DNA of 64,000 nucleotides. Origin: Octopus sinensis (lineage: Eukaryota). Shown one piece after another: positions 12,462 to 24,530 of the stretch. Below the pieces are notes generated by a model. That model was not told the DNA's origin, did not search any database, and saw nothing but the letters and a program-made list of their open reading frames with translations. Position 1 is the stretch's first letter, and each line of letters begins with the position of its first letter. Both the position numbers and the translations under genes were made by a program. The stretch spans positions 39,184,001 to 39,248,000 of the forward strand of contig NC_043012.1 in NCBI RefSeq assembly GCF_006345805.1. Reading direction: 5' to 3'.

Positions 12462-13002
12462 AGATTTCTTCTGATTTAGATTTGAAAATACTAAGAATCA
12501 AACATACCCGTCCGATATCTGTAACATCGGACAAACCATGCCAGACACCCAGTACTAGCGAATCCAAAAATACGAATGAGATCTATTATTCTCCCTGTCC
12601 ACCACGTGAGTCATAGAGCATTACATTTCTACAGAGGTAAAAACTGCAGTTCAAATTCTTGGAGAGAAAGCATTATATTGTTATCAAAAAAGGGGGTCGA
12701 ATTAATTAATTGTTAATAAATTCGACCAAGCAGTATTCGGTATGTAACCATTTACGGTATATTTGAAGTATTAATTATAAAAATATGGTAAAGTAAAAGA
12801 ATTCACTTTACCACACACCGAACTTTTCAGAAATAGCAGCCAAAATTTGGCTATTTCTTCAACTGCAAATAAAAGTCTCCAGACAATGCATACTCAGAAA
12901 AATAACTCACATAGGTATAAGGGAAAAACAATGAAAGATCACATCCATCTGGAGACTTTTATTTGCAGTTGAAGAAATAGCCAAATTTTTGGCTGCTATT
13001 TC

Positions 13003-13076
<74 letters not shown>

Positions 13077-13086
13077 CATATGCATA

Positions 13087-13249
13087 TGACGGGTTTGCTT
13101 CAGTTTCCATCAACCGAATCCGCTAACAAGGCTTTAGACGGCCCGGGATCATAGCAGAAGACACTTACTCAAGTAGAGATGCAGTGAGACTTAAACTGGA
13201 TCCAGGCGGTTGGGAAGCAAGCTTCTTACCGCACAGCCACGCCTGCGCC
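13087..13249 (-). mobile_element. 5' half (tRNA-like head) of long SINE family 2
   Basis: Minus strand GGCGCAGGCGTGGCTGTGCGGTAAGAAGCTTGCTTCCCAACC...GGAAACTGAAG; homologous to 35147-35310 and 53262-53426. Confidence 0.8.
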
Positions 13250-14103
13250 TTTATCCAAAGAATAAATATAGGAATTCAGTTGTAAAGTTGAGCGGAGAAC
13301 GTTGTGGTACAGATCGATTACCCATTTGTTACATTGAGCCATCTACACAGAAAACAATTAACGACATCTACAGCTGTCAGCCAATCAGATTTGAGAAACG
13401 TTCATGTCAAGGAGAAGCTAATATGCTTCCCGCCAATTATGTCATTCACTTATGAAAATATCAAATATGACAAATTGACTAAAATGATCTTACCCCACTT
13501 CAACTATTGTTCTTCTCAAGATTCTTACAAAGAACAGAAATTGTTATTATTATTATTATTATTACTATTATTTTTATTATTATTGTTGTTGTTGTTTTTG
13601 TTGTCATCATTATCATCATCATTATTACCATTATCGTCAGCATAATTATCAACATCATCATTATCATCGTTATTATTTGTTATGTTTTTTTATTATTTTT
13701 ATTTCTATTATCTTTAAACTAATTTCTATTATTATAAAATTTTATTATCCCATTGTCATCTTCATAATTGTTTCATTCCTAAAATTTCAGACTTGTTTGT
13801 GCTTTAACGTAAAATAATTCATGTGGCCATATTTCTTGAAACTTTAAGCGGCGATGCCTTGAAATTGGGTCCAGCGATCGTTAGACATAATTGCCCCAGA
13901 AATATGTCATCCATTAGCAAATTATAGGTTCTGTTGATTTATTACATGGAATCTTTTCGTTCAACAACGTCGTTATTAGCATCTTCGTCATCATCGGCGT
14001 CATCATTAACATCGTCGTCGTCGTCGTCTTCAACTTATTTACACGATAATCATTATTATTGTTGATGTTGTTGTTGTTGTTGATGATGATGTTATTATTA
14101 TTA

Positions 14104-14712
14104 AGGCGACGAGCTGGCAGAATCGTTAGCACGGCGGACAAAATGCTTAGCAGCATTTCATCTGTCTGAGTTCAAATGCCGTCGAAGTCGATTTTGTCTT
14201 TCATCGTTTCGGGTTTTACTGACGTAGGTTCCAGATAAGAACTTGAGTCGGTGTAATTAACATTTCAGGTGTTGTGCAGGTAGCAGTAAAGATTATTATT
14301 GTTGACATTGTGGTTGTTGTTGCTGCTATTGTTGTCGTAATCAAGGCGGCGAGCTTGCAGAATCGTTAGCGGACAAAAGGATCTTGAATTCAGATATTGC
14401 CATATTCAACTTCACCTTTCATCTTTTTCGGGGTCGAGAACAAGATGTAACATTAACGTACTAGGGTCGATGTAATTGATTTTACCCTCCGCCCCTAATA
14501 TCAGGCTTTTTGCCAGAAGTCGAAAAATGAGAACCGTTAACTCGCCAGATGAAATACTTAACGGCATTTTGTCTGTCTACGTTTTGAGTTCAAATGCTAC
14601 CGAGGCCGTCCTCGCCTTTCATTCTTTCGGTATTGATAAAATAAGTTCGAGTTGAGCATTGGTGTTGATATAATCGACATTCCATTCCCGCCTGTAGTTA
14701 AAAGAATTGTTA
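14104..14712 (+). mobile_element. Three head-to-tail diverged SINE family 1 copies (~14104, ~14344, ~14530)
   Basis: Repeated GGCG.CGAGCT.GCAGAATCGTTAGC heads and CTTTCATC.TTTCGG cores. Confidence 0.75.
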
Positions 14713-16127
14713 TTATGTCATTTTCATGAAGTTCTCTTCTTTCAATTCTATGGCCTTTCTTCTTTCTATTCGGCATTAGCTTAGATGCATCATATACATA
14801 TATACATACATACATACATATATATATATATAATATATATATATATATAGCAAAGGGATTTGCTACCCGTCGGACTATCTAGAGTGTACCAAACGCCGTG
14901 TGATGTACACAACATGAGATTTCGGCCAGCCTCTGGGCGTTAAATACTCCTACCGGTGGATTTTTTTCTGTGTGCACAACCTAAATATCTCACAGGATTT
15001 ACGAAGCAAATGGATCGGACTGAGAATGGTGCTTACAGGTTAAATGAACCCAACTTGGTGCACACCATTTAAGTACCCGGTATTTTCCACAATCCTATAT
15101 ATATATATTGATACATATATATTTATCAATTTACTTATTTGTAGATAACCATTAGAATGTTACCTGTTACTTATTAATAATCTAATATCTATAATGTGTT
15201 CATCAAACGGAGAAATATAAAAATAATAATAATAAATCTATAACAACAACAACAATAATAACAATAATAATAATAATATCAATAATAATGATAATAATAT
15301 CAATAACAATAAGAAGACTATCAATGATAATAATATTAATAATTGTAATGATGAGAATGATGAGGAGGAGAAGGAGGTGAAGGATGGGGATGATGACGAT
15401 GATGATGATGGTGATGTTGATAGCAATAATTCTACTCAATACATAATGAAAACAGAAATAATAATTAATTATATAGATATTAATAATAATTGTAGTAGCA
15501 GTTGTTTTTGTTCTTGTTGTTGTAATAGTAACAACAACAACAACAACAACAACAACATAAAAATAATAAACCAGACACTTAAGGTTATATTTAATATATT
15601 GTCTACAACAACAACAGCAAAAACCAACACAGCCAGATCTGTCCAGATTTTTAAATCAATTCTAAATTAAATAACTGCCTTGAGATTATCGTCCTCCTGA
15701 AGATTTCAATAAAATATTCTGAAAAATTGACATCTTAATAAATTTGTTCATATTTATTTAGTTATTTCCAAAGTTTCTATGGATCGTTGTTGTTTCCCCT
15801 TTTTCCCTTTCCTTCCATACTTCATTCTCCAACATGCTTTTCTCTTCGTTTTTCTCTCATATTAATGTATATGTGTTTATTTTTACGCCTGTTTCTATTT
15901 CACTATAGAATTTTGGTTAACCATTTCCGTTATCTTTTATAGCTTGTGTCACTCACAAAAACAAAAGATTCTTTCTTTCTTTCTTTCTTTCTTTCTTGAG
16001 TTTAATTAAAAACAACGACAAAAGAGAAATAAATAAATAATAATAATAAACTACTGAAAATTATTAAAGTTAAATTAAAAGAAACATTAAAATATGATGA
16101 TAGCGATGTCGATGGTGATGATGATAG

Positions 16128-16173
<46 letters not shown>

Positions 16174-17229
16174 AGTAACTCGACAATGGTGGTGGTAGTG
16201 TAGACGATGTAAGAATCTCGATAGTGACAATTTCGAAGAAAACGATAGTGGCACATATTTACTGCTGCTGCTCCTGATGATGAGGATGATGGTGACGATG
16301 ACGATCATGATATGATTGTGATGACGATGAGGATAATGGCGAGGGTGTATTTCATTCGTCAAGTGCCTTCAAGATGTTATAAAACTGAAACAAAAATAAA
16401 ATCATATGCACATAAAAAAAGAGGAAAAACAAGGAGTAGGGAGGGGAGGGGAGGAGGAGGAGACTTCGAAGGAAAAGAAGAAGAAGAAGAAGAAGAAGAA
16501 CCATTCACTTTTATTGCGCTTGTGATTTAGATTTAAATCTTTCTTTACTGATTTATAAGTTAATTAATAATCAGCGTGTTAATCTGAGTGTTTGTTAATC
16601 CTCGATATCTGATTTCTTAAAGGCCAACTGTCACTGGATCCATACCCAACATTCAATATGGCGTCCTTCTTCGGGAGAGAAATTTATTAATGACGAGCCA
16701 CAGAACAGCAGGATTAATACGTTAGTCGACTTAAAACAACAACAATTACAAGAAAGAGAGAGAAGCTGACTTGATGTGTCATCTTGTTTAACACCATGAC
16801 CCGCTTCGGCGAATGTCTCCTCGATGTAATATGCCACGACGCCATCACGAGACCTGCCTGAATCAAAGAATGGTAGAATCAGTACGTCGCCATGTTTGAC
16901 ACAGTTATTGCCTTCAACCAAGGAAGGAGCCTCTGTGTTGTCACTCGGATTGCTATAAACCTCAACCGGACCTATAGCACACATATTACATAATTTCATA
17001 GTAAATAGTCGTTTGGTGGAATATCAGTAATCATCCGTCTGCTCGATCAGGGATGGCCTGGGGCTAAACCGCAACAATAGTAATACCGAGAAGTCGACCA
17101 AGAAATAATAAGGGCTTTCGAAATAGAGTAGAGGGGGATGCAAGGAAATCAAAATATATTTCTGCAGGTTTTCATCTCTGTGGGTTTCATTGTTGTAGTT
17201 TATTCTTTAGCTCCAATTTAGGTCATATT

Positions 17230-17900
17230 GAACAGACTTATGATCAAAGACATTTTATGGATTCCAACCATCTTCTTCTCCCATAATTCCTGGGAGCATT
17301 GTAGGAATAGAGTCTCTCAGCCCCTCTTGCATAAGAAACAACAGTCATTAGCCTTTCCGGCAGGTTTCTCAAGCGTGACGAATCGAGACTATGGAGATTC
17401 TCCAACCATTTCGTTACTGGTGTATATGTAAGTCTCCTGCGAGTTTCTTGGTCTTGAAGAATCCGTCTTGCGATTTTTTCCTGCGATAATTCCCATTGTA
17501 TGTCCGTAGTATCGGAGCTGTGATTTCTCAATGCAGAAAAGAAGCGTCTCGACCTGGACTGACTCCCTAATCTCCCTTTTACTTCCTCTGCGTAGTAGTG
17601 TTACTCCCGAGGCCCTTCTGAATAACCCCATATAGGCCATTTGTATTACCAAACTATCTTGGCCATAGGTGAACATAGGTTATGATACGCACAAAAAGCC
17701 TAATTTAAATAACGAGTTAGCCCTTTTCTTTTTGATCAAATCTTTCCTCTTCTCAGGATCAGATGCAGGGGATGGTGCATTTATGTGCTAGCACATATAG
17801 TTCTAGAATTCAATCCAACCTTCTGCCTTCTACCGTTCATGGCTACGGATATGTGATGCTTAAACTTATCCACTTGTCTCAGTGATTTTCAATTGAAAAT
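17230..17900 (-). mobile_element. Decayed RTE-clade LINE, RT C-terminal region
   Basis: ORF 17389..17676: MGLFRRASGVTLL...EIRESVQVETLLFCIEKSQLRYYGH fits the RTE pattern EMxFLRRIxGVT...IR..L.VE.....IE..QLRW.GH. Confidence 0.7.
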
Positions 17901-18499
17901 ATTGTGTCAATTAACTTGCGGCAGGCAGTGTACCATCAATCTTCAACTACCCATGCATAGTGTCCAGTAATTCCTAACTTCCTATCCACAGAGTCACATG
18001 CACTTTTAATTTCCTGTGCGCAGTGTACCAGTAACTCTTAGCTTTTCATCTTCAGTGTGCGAAAAATTGTTTTATTTCATTTCATGCGTGCCAAAAGTCA
18101 AAGAAATTGAAAATCACTGTCATAACATTTTTAAAATGGCAAGAATAAGAACTGCATATTTTCAAGTGAGTGTTCTAACAGTTGTTTGTCTTGGAGACAA
18201 TCCTCTTAACAGCCGATTTAAGCATTGCAACTCTTACACACTGGTGATCTCAAAGAATTAAATATTTTGCTTCCTTTGGGATATATAAACCGAAAATGTT
18301 AAAGATGAATTATTACCCCCTCACAGTATTAAAAGAATATCTATGAATGTTTGTGTATGGGACGAAAAGCTAACATTCGTGGTGAAAATGAAAACCTAAA
18401 TATTACACATACATGCATTCATACACCCTTGCATACGTACATACATATACATGCAGACATGCATGTATGTATACATACATATATGCGCGAAACATAAAT

Positions 18500-18776
18500 C
18501 TGCACATACATATATACATACATACATAGATACATACATACCTACAAACATACCTACATACATACATATATACATACATACATACATACATACATACATA
18601 CATACATACATACATACATACATACATACATACATACATACAGAAGTACCCTGTTGATGTTGAAATTCCAATGATAGATCCTTGGGTCTAAGTTAGAAAC
18701 CCGTTCTTCATTGCCAAGAAATATTGAAATATACATACATACATACATACATACATACATACATACATACCATACA

Positions 18777-18810
<34 letters not shown>

Positions 18811-18832
18811 CATACATACATACATACATACA

Positions 18833-18866
<34 letters not shown>

Positions 18867-18885
18867 CATACATACATACATACAT
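18500..18885. repeat. (CATA)n microsatellite blocks
   Basis: Direct reading; source of the YVCM/IHTY ORFs. Confidence 0.95.
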
Positions 18886-19287
18886 GGTTAAAAAGAACAA
18901 CAACGAAGTGATAGAGCAACAAGCAAGGTGTATTAGTTTGACGCTCATAGAAAATGAAAGGGTTCATTAATGTTTCGAGTCTAGGCTCTTCTACAGAAAG
19001 AATAGTTAAGGAGAAAAAAAGAATAGAGAAAAAAAACCCCGAGTCTGAATTAAACGGTCAACGCAGGCTGATATGACTGGAGGACAAAGACATTGGCTTG
19101 AGGAGGGGGTCGCAAGGGGGGACAGCTGTGGCCCGGCATGTGTGTACGTGTGTGTGTGCAAAGAGGTGAGCGTGTACGTGTGTGTGTGTGAAGCTAATGA
19201 GTGCGTGTGCATGTGTGTGCGTGTATGTATATGCATAAAAGACAATATTTGCGCGTGTGAGTTTGTGAATAGGTGTACGCGTGTACG

Positions 19288-19550
19288 AGTGTTTGAGGCT
19301 ATGTGACTTATGCGTGTGTTTGAGGCTATGTGACTTATGCGTGTGTGTGAGGCTATGTGACTTATGCGTGTGTTTGAGGCTATGAGACTTATGCGTGTGT
19401 TTGAGGCTATGTGACTTATGCGTGTGTGTGAGGCTATGTGACTTATGCGTGTGTTTGAGGCTATGAGACTTATGCGTGTGTTTGAGGCTATGAGACTTAT
19501 GCGTGTGTTTGAGGCTATGTGACTTATGCGTGTGTGTGAGGCTATGAGAC
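19288..19550. repeat. 27-bp minisatellite, 10 units (GAGGCTATGWGACTTATGCGTGTGTKT)
   Basis: GAGGCTATG starts at 19295, 19322, 19349 and so on to 19538, exactly every 27 bp. Confidence 0.95.
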
Positions 19551-20199
19551 GTGTTCGCGCGCGCGTGTGTGTGTATGTTTGTGTGTGTGTTTCTACGAGC
19601 GTGTGTGTATGAAGTTATTATATGTTTGGTTACTCTGTGCGTTGAGCATGTGTGCGTATGTGTGTTATTATTTCGTGATTATATGTTTGTGCCAGATACT
19701 ATGAGACATGTGTGTGTGTGAGTATGTGTGTGTGTGAGTATGTGTGTGTGTGAATACACATGTGTGTGCTTGTATATTGCTTCTTTATGCGTGTGACCCA
19801 GTGTGTGCCCCTTTGGCCAGCTAGTGCATGTGTACGAAGAACGAAGTATGTGTGTGTACATGAAGCTCATGTGGGCATGCATATATTCAGTATTTGTGCG
19901 TGTGTATATGCGTATTTGTGTGTGCATGTAACCTTGTATGTATGTGTGTGTGCGTGTGATTTGTTGGACGAAGTTCGGTTTTCCCTCATGGATACAGGTG
20001 TTTGGTAGAATAGAAGTGGCAAAAGTGGTAAGAGTTGAGCAGCGGTGGTGTAATTGTATACTTGCTGTTGCGCGTGTAAGGGTGGTGGTTGAGATGCAGG
20101 TGCCGGTACGTGTGAAGAGGGAAAACAAGAGGCTGTGCATGGGGAGATGCTAGTGAATGTGTGTGTGTGGAAGGTGGCGTGTTTGTAATGGCATGTTAA

Positions 20200-20665
20200 A
20201 TAACATGCAACATCATTTCTCCGGCTCTCGAATATGTTTTATAATTATCAAATGCACCATGCCACAGAAGCAGGAGAACCAACTCGTGGCTGTCGGACCA
20301 CATCACCCCTAATATCTGGCCACTTAACTGCCCAGACTGCAACCCCCTTGATTATTATGTGTGGGGCACAGTTGAGCGAGAGAACGTCAAAACTGCTTGT
20401 AACGCCAAAGATGAACTGAAAGCAAAGATTATGAGATCATTCCCCAACATAAACAAGAACAGCGTCCAGAAGAGTTGCCAGAGATTCCGAACTCGACTGG
20501 AGGTTATGGTTAAAGCCAAAGGCAATTTTATTGATTAAATTTTACTCTTTAGAATTTCCAGATATTTCATGTAATTTTGGTAAATATATCTGTTAAAATG
20601 AAATGCCAGTGTTATTTTCATTTTTGCGTAATTTAGACGACAATTTATTCACCGCCCCCCCTCTC

Positions 20666-20670
<5 letters not shown>
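20200..20670 (+). mobile_element. Tc1/mariner-superfamily transposase 3' fragment and right end
   Basis: Manual translation from 20317: WPLNCPDCNPLDYYVWGTVERENVKTACNAKDELKAKI...CQRFRTRLEVMVKAKGNFID* (WPPNSPDLNPLDY motif of maT/Tc1-like transposases); ends at CTG before (TA)n. Confidence 0.85.
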
Positions 20671-20711
<41 letters not shown>

Positions 20712-22079
20712 GATAAATAGGCAGATTAAAAGTAATTGAATATGTCACATTGACACTACGCTACACATTGCAATAAAGCTTGCATCGGGTTTCGCAGTCG
20801 ATTCATTAGCGTCTCATTGTCTTTCTGATATTCATTGTATTCAACACCGGGTTAAGAAAATTAAAGTTTCGTCGTGGGATTTGAGCTAAAAATGGAGAGG
20901 GATGTAACGAAAGGCCTCAAGGCATTAACTCCTGGCCTTCAATCGATAGTTCTATTCACGGGGCTTCAGATTGTATATAATTTAATAGGCAGCGCTGATG
21001 TGTCTTTCAAAGGGCAAATCTCGGAAGCGGGGAAGCATCTAAAAGATAGCTCCATTAGTCGTTCTTTGTTGCTCTGTGCGTTGCTTTTTGAAACACTTCA
21101 GCGGAATGATAATAAAGAATGATTCGAACCCACACATCGTGACTGAATATGTCATGCTATCCCTTCAAACTTCACTGCTGATGTACGTACAAATGAATTA
21201 TTGCCTTATATTGTCAATGGTTTATCGATCCGCTAACCTCATCCTAGTCTATGTCTTTTTCCCTTTCATTCTATTGCTCACAGCTATTACTACATTCTTC
21301 GATCGTTTTTTAGGGTCCTAGGTTAAAAGCACTCCACAGTGAGTAATGGATACATTTTACTCAAACACTGCCAGCTATAATTACGTTTCGTGTGTTCAAA
21401 TAGACACTGGTTTAAAACAGTATTTGACGTTTATCAATGAATTTGAAAACTTACTGATCCGGGCAGTTTTTGGCTTTTGTTAGATGAAAAGAGATTTAAA
21501 AGGAATCCAGCGTGGTGTTTCAAACAGCAAACCACGAACAAAACATTTAAATCAGCATTGTAGAATAACAAAGACCTCAATTAATTAAGTAATTAAAAAT
21601 CAATTACCTAATTAAATATAAAATAATTAAAGCATTATATAATATATTAATTGAATAAACAGCTGAATAATAAAATATAAGGCTTGTGAAAATCAATTAA
21701 TTAAAAATTTTCAAATGTAAGGAAAATGGTTTGGGGAATTATCGGCAATAATTATCCAATAAAAGAGATCGAAAGGAAAGTAGAATGATTGGAATTGGCG
21801 CGAAGAGTAAAGAAGCTAACGTTTCGGGACTTACTCTTCCTCTGAGTGTGAGAAAGTGAAATAGCGATTCAGTAGACTGTGGTATTGTCACTTGGATTCT
21901 ATGCCAGGGTGCAGATGCATATAGATACAAACACACACACACACACACACACATGCACACATACGCATACACACAAGCTTATAGATATATACATATGTTA
22001 CATATACCTATATATGCATCATATATACGTATATACATACATATACATATACACACATAACATAGATATAAAATGCGAT

Positions 22080-22992
22080 ATGGGTTCTCACGGGTAAGCT
22101 TTGGTTTTTCTATCCAGAGATTTTCAAACCAGGATTTACGTTCTATTATTTATAGCCTGATCTAAATCTATAGGGAATTAAACGTGCCAAACAATTAGAC
22201 ACAAAAACACTAAGAACAAAAAAACATAGCACCACACCTCAAACCAAAACATTACTTTTTATATCAACACACAACCCCAGAAACAGTGAGGCATTCAACA
22301 CTATTGTGCAAACTCTCCCTTTAGTAACTAGAGATCCAAAAATGAACGACATCCTGAAAACACACAAACTCATCAAATGCAAAAAACAAGACAAATCGCT
22401 AAAGAGACTACTAACAAATGCGAAGCTTTACAAAACAACCACGAAACCAACAGTTGAAAAATGTGGACGCCCGAACAGTGGCACCTGCCCCAACCTGCTT
22501 GACGGCTCGGATTTCCTTTTCAAACAAGGACAGATGTTCACAATTAAAACCAATTTTACCTGTGCCTCTGAGAACCTAATTTATGTAATAACCTGCTCGG
22601 GTTGCAGTCATTTTTACATTGGACAAACGAGTTTAACTTTGAGAAAGAGAATCACTCTGTATAAGGAGCAAATCCGTTTCCCGCAATACAGACAAATTCC
22701 TCTCGGTGAACACATAGAAAAATGTGCAGGTAACATCAAGCCAAATTTCACAGTCTTCCCTTTCTACCAGTGCAAAGACGCAATTTCTCAACAAGAACGC
22801 TTAAATAAAGAAACTTTTTTCATTGAAAAACACAAAACACGTCTTAATAGGCACGCATAACCAACTTTTATATTTTTACATATCACATCACTGTATATAA
22901 ATCCCCCTTCTAAACAAGGTCCCTTTTTTAAAACCTGTCTCTTTTCTGAAATTCATTGCATGCCCAACGCCGGAAGTCACCGCACGCCACTG

Positions 22993-23042
<50 letters not shown>

Positions 23043-23215
23043 GTACACAGAGTGACAGAGAAAAGGAGACAGGCAGACAGACAGGCGCACTTATATAGAA
23101 GGTATGAATTTACCATAAAACAGCCATTCATGACGAATCCATTGAAAGGATAAAATCGCTGAATAAATAGTTTTTACCCAAATCCTGTCAACTTGTCAAT
23201 CGTATTTTTCTTAAC
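22080..23215 (+). mobile_element. 5'-truncated Penelope-like element with interrupted 3' region
   Basis: Contains the GIY-YIG ORF 22306..22860; boundaries approximate. Confidence 0.75.
22306..22860 (+). CDS. PLE C-terminal GIY-YIG endonuclease (partial ORF)
   Basis: KCGRPNSGTCP Cys linker, FTCASENLIYVITCSGCSHFYIGQTSLTLRKRI, EH..KC, RLNKETFFI..H...LN. Confidence 0.9.
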   Translation: MQTLPLVTRDPKMNDILKTHKLIKCKKQDKSLKRLLTNAKLYKTTTKPTVEKCGRPNSGTCPNLLDGSDFLFKQGQMFTIKTNFTCASENLIYVITCSGCSHFYIGQTSLTLRKRITLYKEQIRFPQYRQIPLGEHIEKCAGNIKPNFTVFPFYQCKDAISQQERLNKETFFIEKHKTRLNRHA

Positions 23216-23324
23216 ACGCACACACACATACCCACACACACTCATACACACATGCATACACACTCAAACACACACATGCATATGTGTATGTATATATATA
23301 AATATATATATATGTGTATGTATG

Positions 23325-23361
<37 letters not shown>

Positions 23362-23634
23362 CAAATGAAAGACAGAAGATGGAATATACGAGGATTTATT
23401 GATAATCATGTCGTTTTAACACATCTACCATCGATTCCTCATGGCTTGGACACTCAACAACTGGTTCAGGGGCATCCGGTGGTGTCAGATGTATCTCGTC
23501 GGGTGATAAATAAATACAACTCGTTAAAATATATAGAGAGAAAAGCAGTCAGAGGGAGAAACTATTTTCATTTATACAGAAGATCAAAACTAAAATCACA
23601 GATGGCAAAAAGAGAAACGAACATGCAATCCGGC

Positions 23635-23672
<38 letters not shown>

Positions 23673-23987
23673 ATGTGTGTGTGTGTGTGTTGTGTGTGTA
23701 TGTCTGTGTGTGTGTGTGTGGTATCTGTGTGTGTGTGCGTCTGTGTATAGGTCTATAACTTCGCCTAGCAAATTATTTTATTTGCTAATTAAAGTTCGAA
23801 GCCTAGGTCTGGGTGTAAAAAAACATGGTAAAAATTTTTATTTTTCATTCCCTTCGAAATTGCTTTTAAATGTCGTTTTGGACGTTTTGACTGCTCCTTC
23901 TAACATGTAAGGCAGTCTGTTAAAAGTTGCCCCTTTTTGAGTTTAAATGTACACTAATTTTATATGTATAGGTCTAAATATATATAT

Positions 23988-24259
23988 ATAAATGGAGTTT
24001 AACGCAGGTATAATTCCTTTGGAATAATATCAGTGAAAACTTCGAAACATGTGTCGGATGTAAAAGTATTTCAATTATATTTGCGTTAAACTCCATTTAT
24101 CTATTTATATATTATACAAACAATTCCACGTAAACCCGAAGTTACTACCTTTAAAAACAAGCAGTTACAACCTCTTTGCTTGTGTGATTTTTTGCTACCC
24201 TGGTAACTATTTAATCTATTTTTTCCGTGTTAATTGTTAACAAGGGAAAACTACACTCA

Positions 24260-24260
<1 letters not shown>
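23988..24260 (+). mobile_element. Short PLE-terminus-like fragment with a 17-bp inverted repeat, between (TA)n tracts
   Basis: AAATGGAGTTTAACGCA ... TGCGTTAAACTCCATTT; half-hammerhead CTTCGAAACATGTGTC; TTTGCTACCCTGGTA shared with the end of the PLE at ~31575. Confidence 0.55.
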
Positions 24261-24341
<81 letters not shown>

Positions 24342-24401
24342 TATATATATACATACATACGCACACACACACACACACAAATACACGCGCGCGCGTTCAC
24401 A

Positions 24402-24530
24402 CAACGGGCTCCCAGACCGTTTCCATTTACAAAATCCACTGAAAAGTCATTGGCTTTCCAGGGGCTAAAGTACAACCACTTGCCCATGGTGCTGCCCGGC
24501 TTGATCAAACCTGAAACCACATGATTTGAA
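24402..24530 (-). mobile_element. SINE family 2 fragment (5' half, decayed)
   Basis: ACGGGCT...GTTTCCATTTACAAAATCCAC...CACTTGCCCATGGTG...AACCACATG homologous to 35147-35270. Confidence 0.6.

Larger units (their letters stand above)
11577..13003 (-). mobile_element. Non-coding tandem element B (~553-555-bp unit, ~2.5 copies plus a short inverted end) with one hammerhead per unit
   Basis: Units start at 11577, 12130 and 12685; 12948-13003 is the reverse complement of 12829-12883; (TA)n on both sides. Confidence 0.85.

Noticed and set aside
11822-12616. Duplicated ORFs MKDHIH...SPCPP as a small protein
   Set aside because: They lie antisense to the hammerheads in the tandem unit, differ by indels between copies and show no recognisable domain.
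19288-19550. CRISPR-like regular repeat
   Set aside because: Units are contiguous with no unique spacers, there are no cas genes, and the context is eukaryotic.
23420-23515. Possible decayed hammerhead (minus ACATCTGACAC...GAATCGATGGTAGATGT)
   Set aside because: Too many core deviations; only a 5-bp flank pairing supports it.
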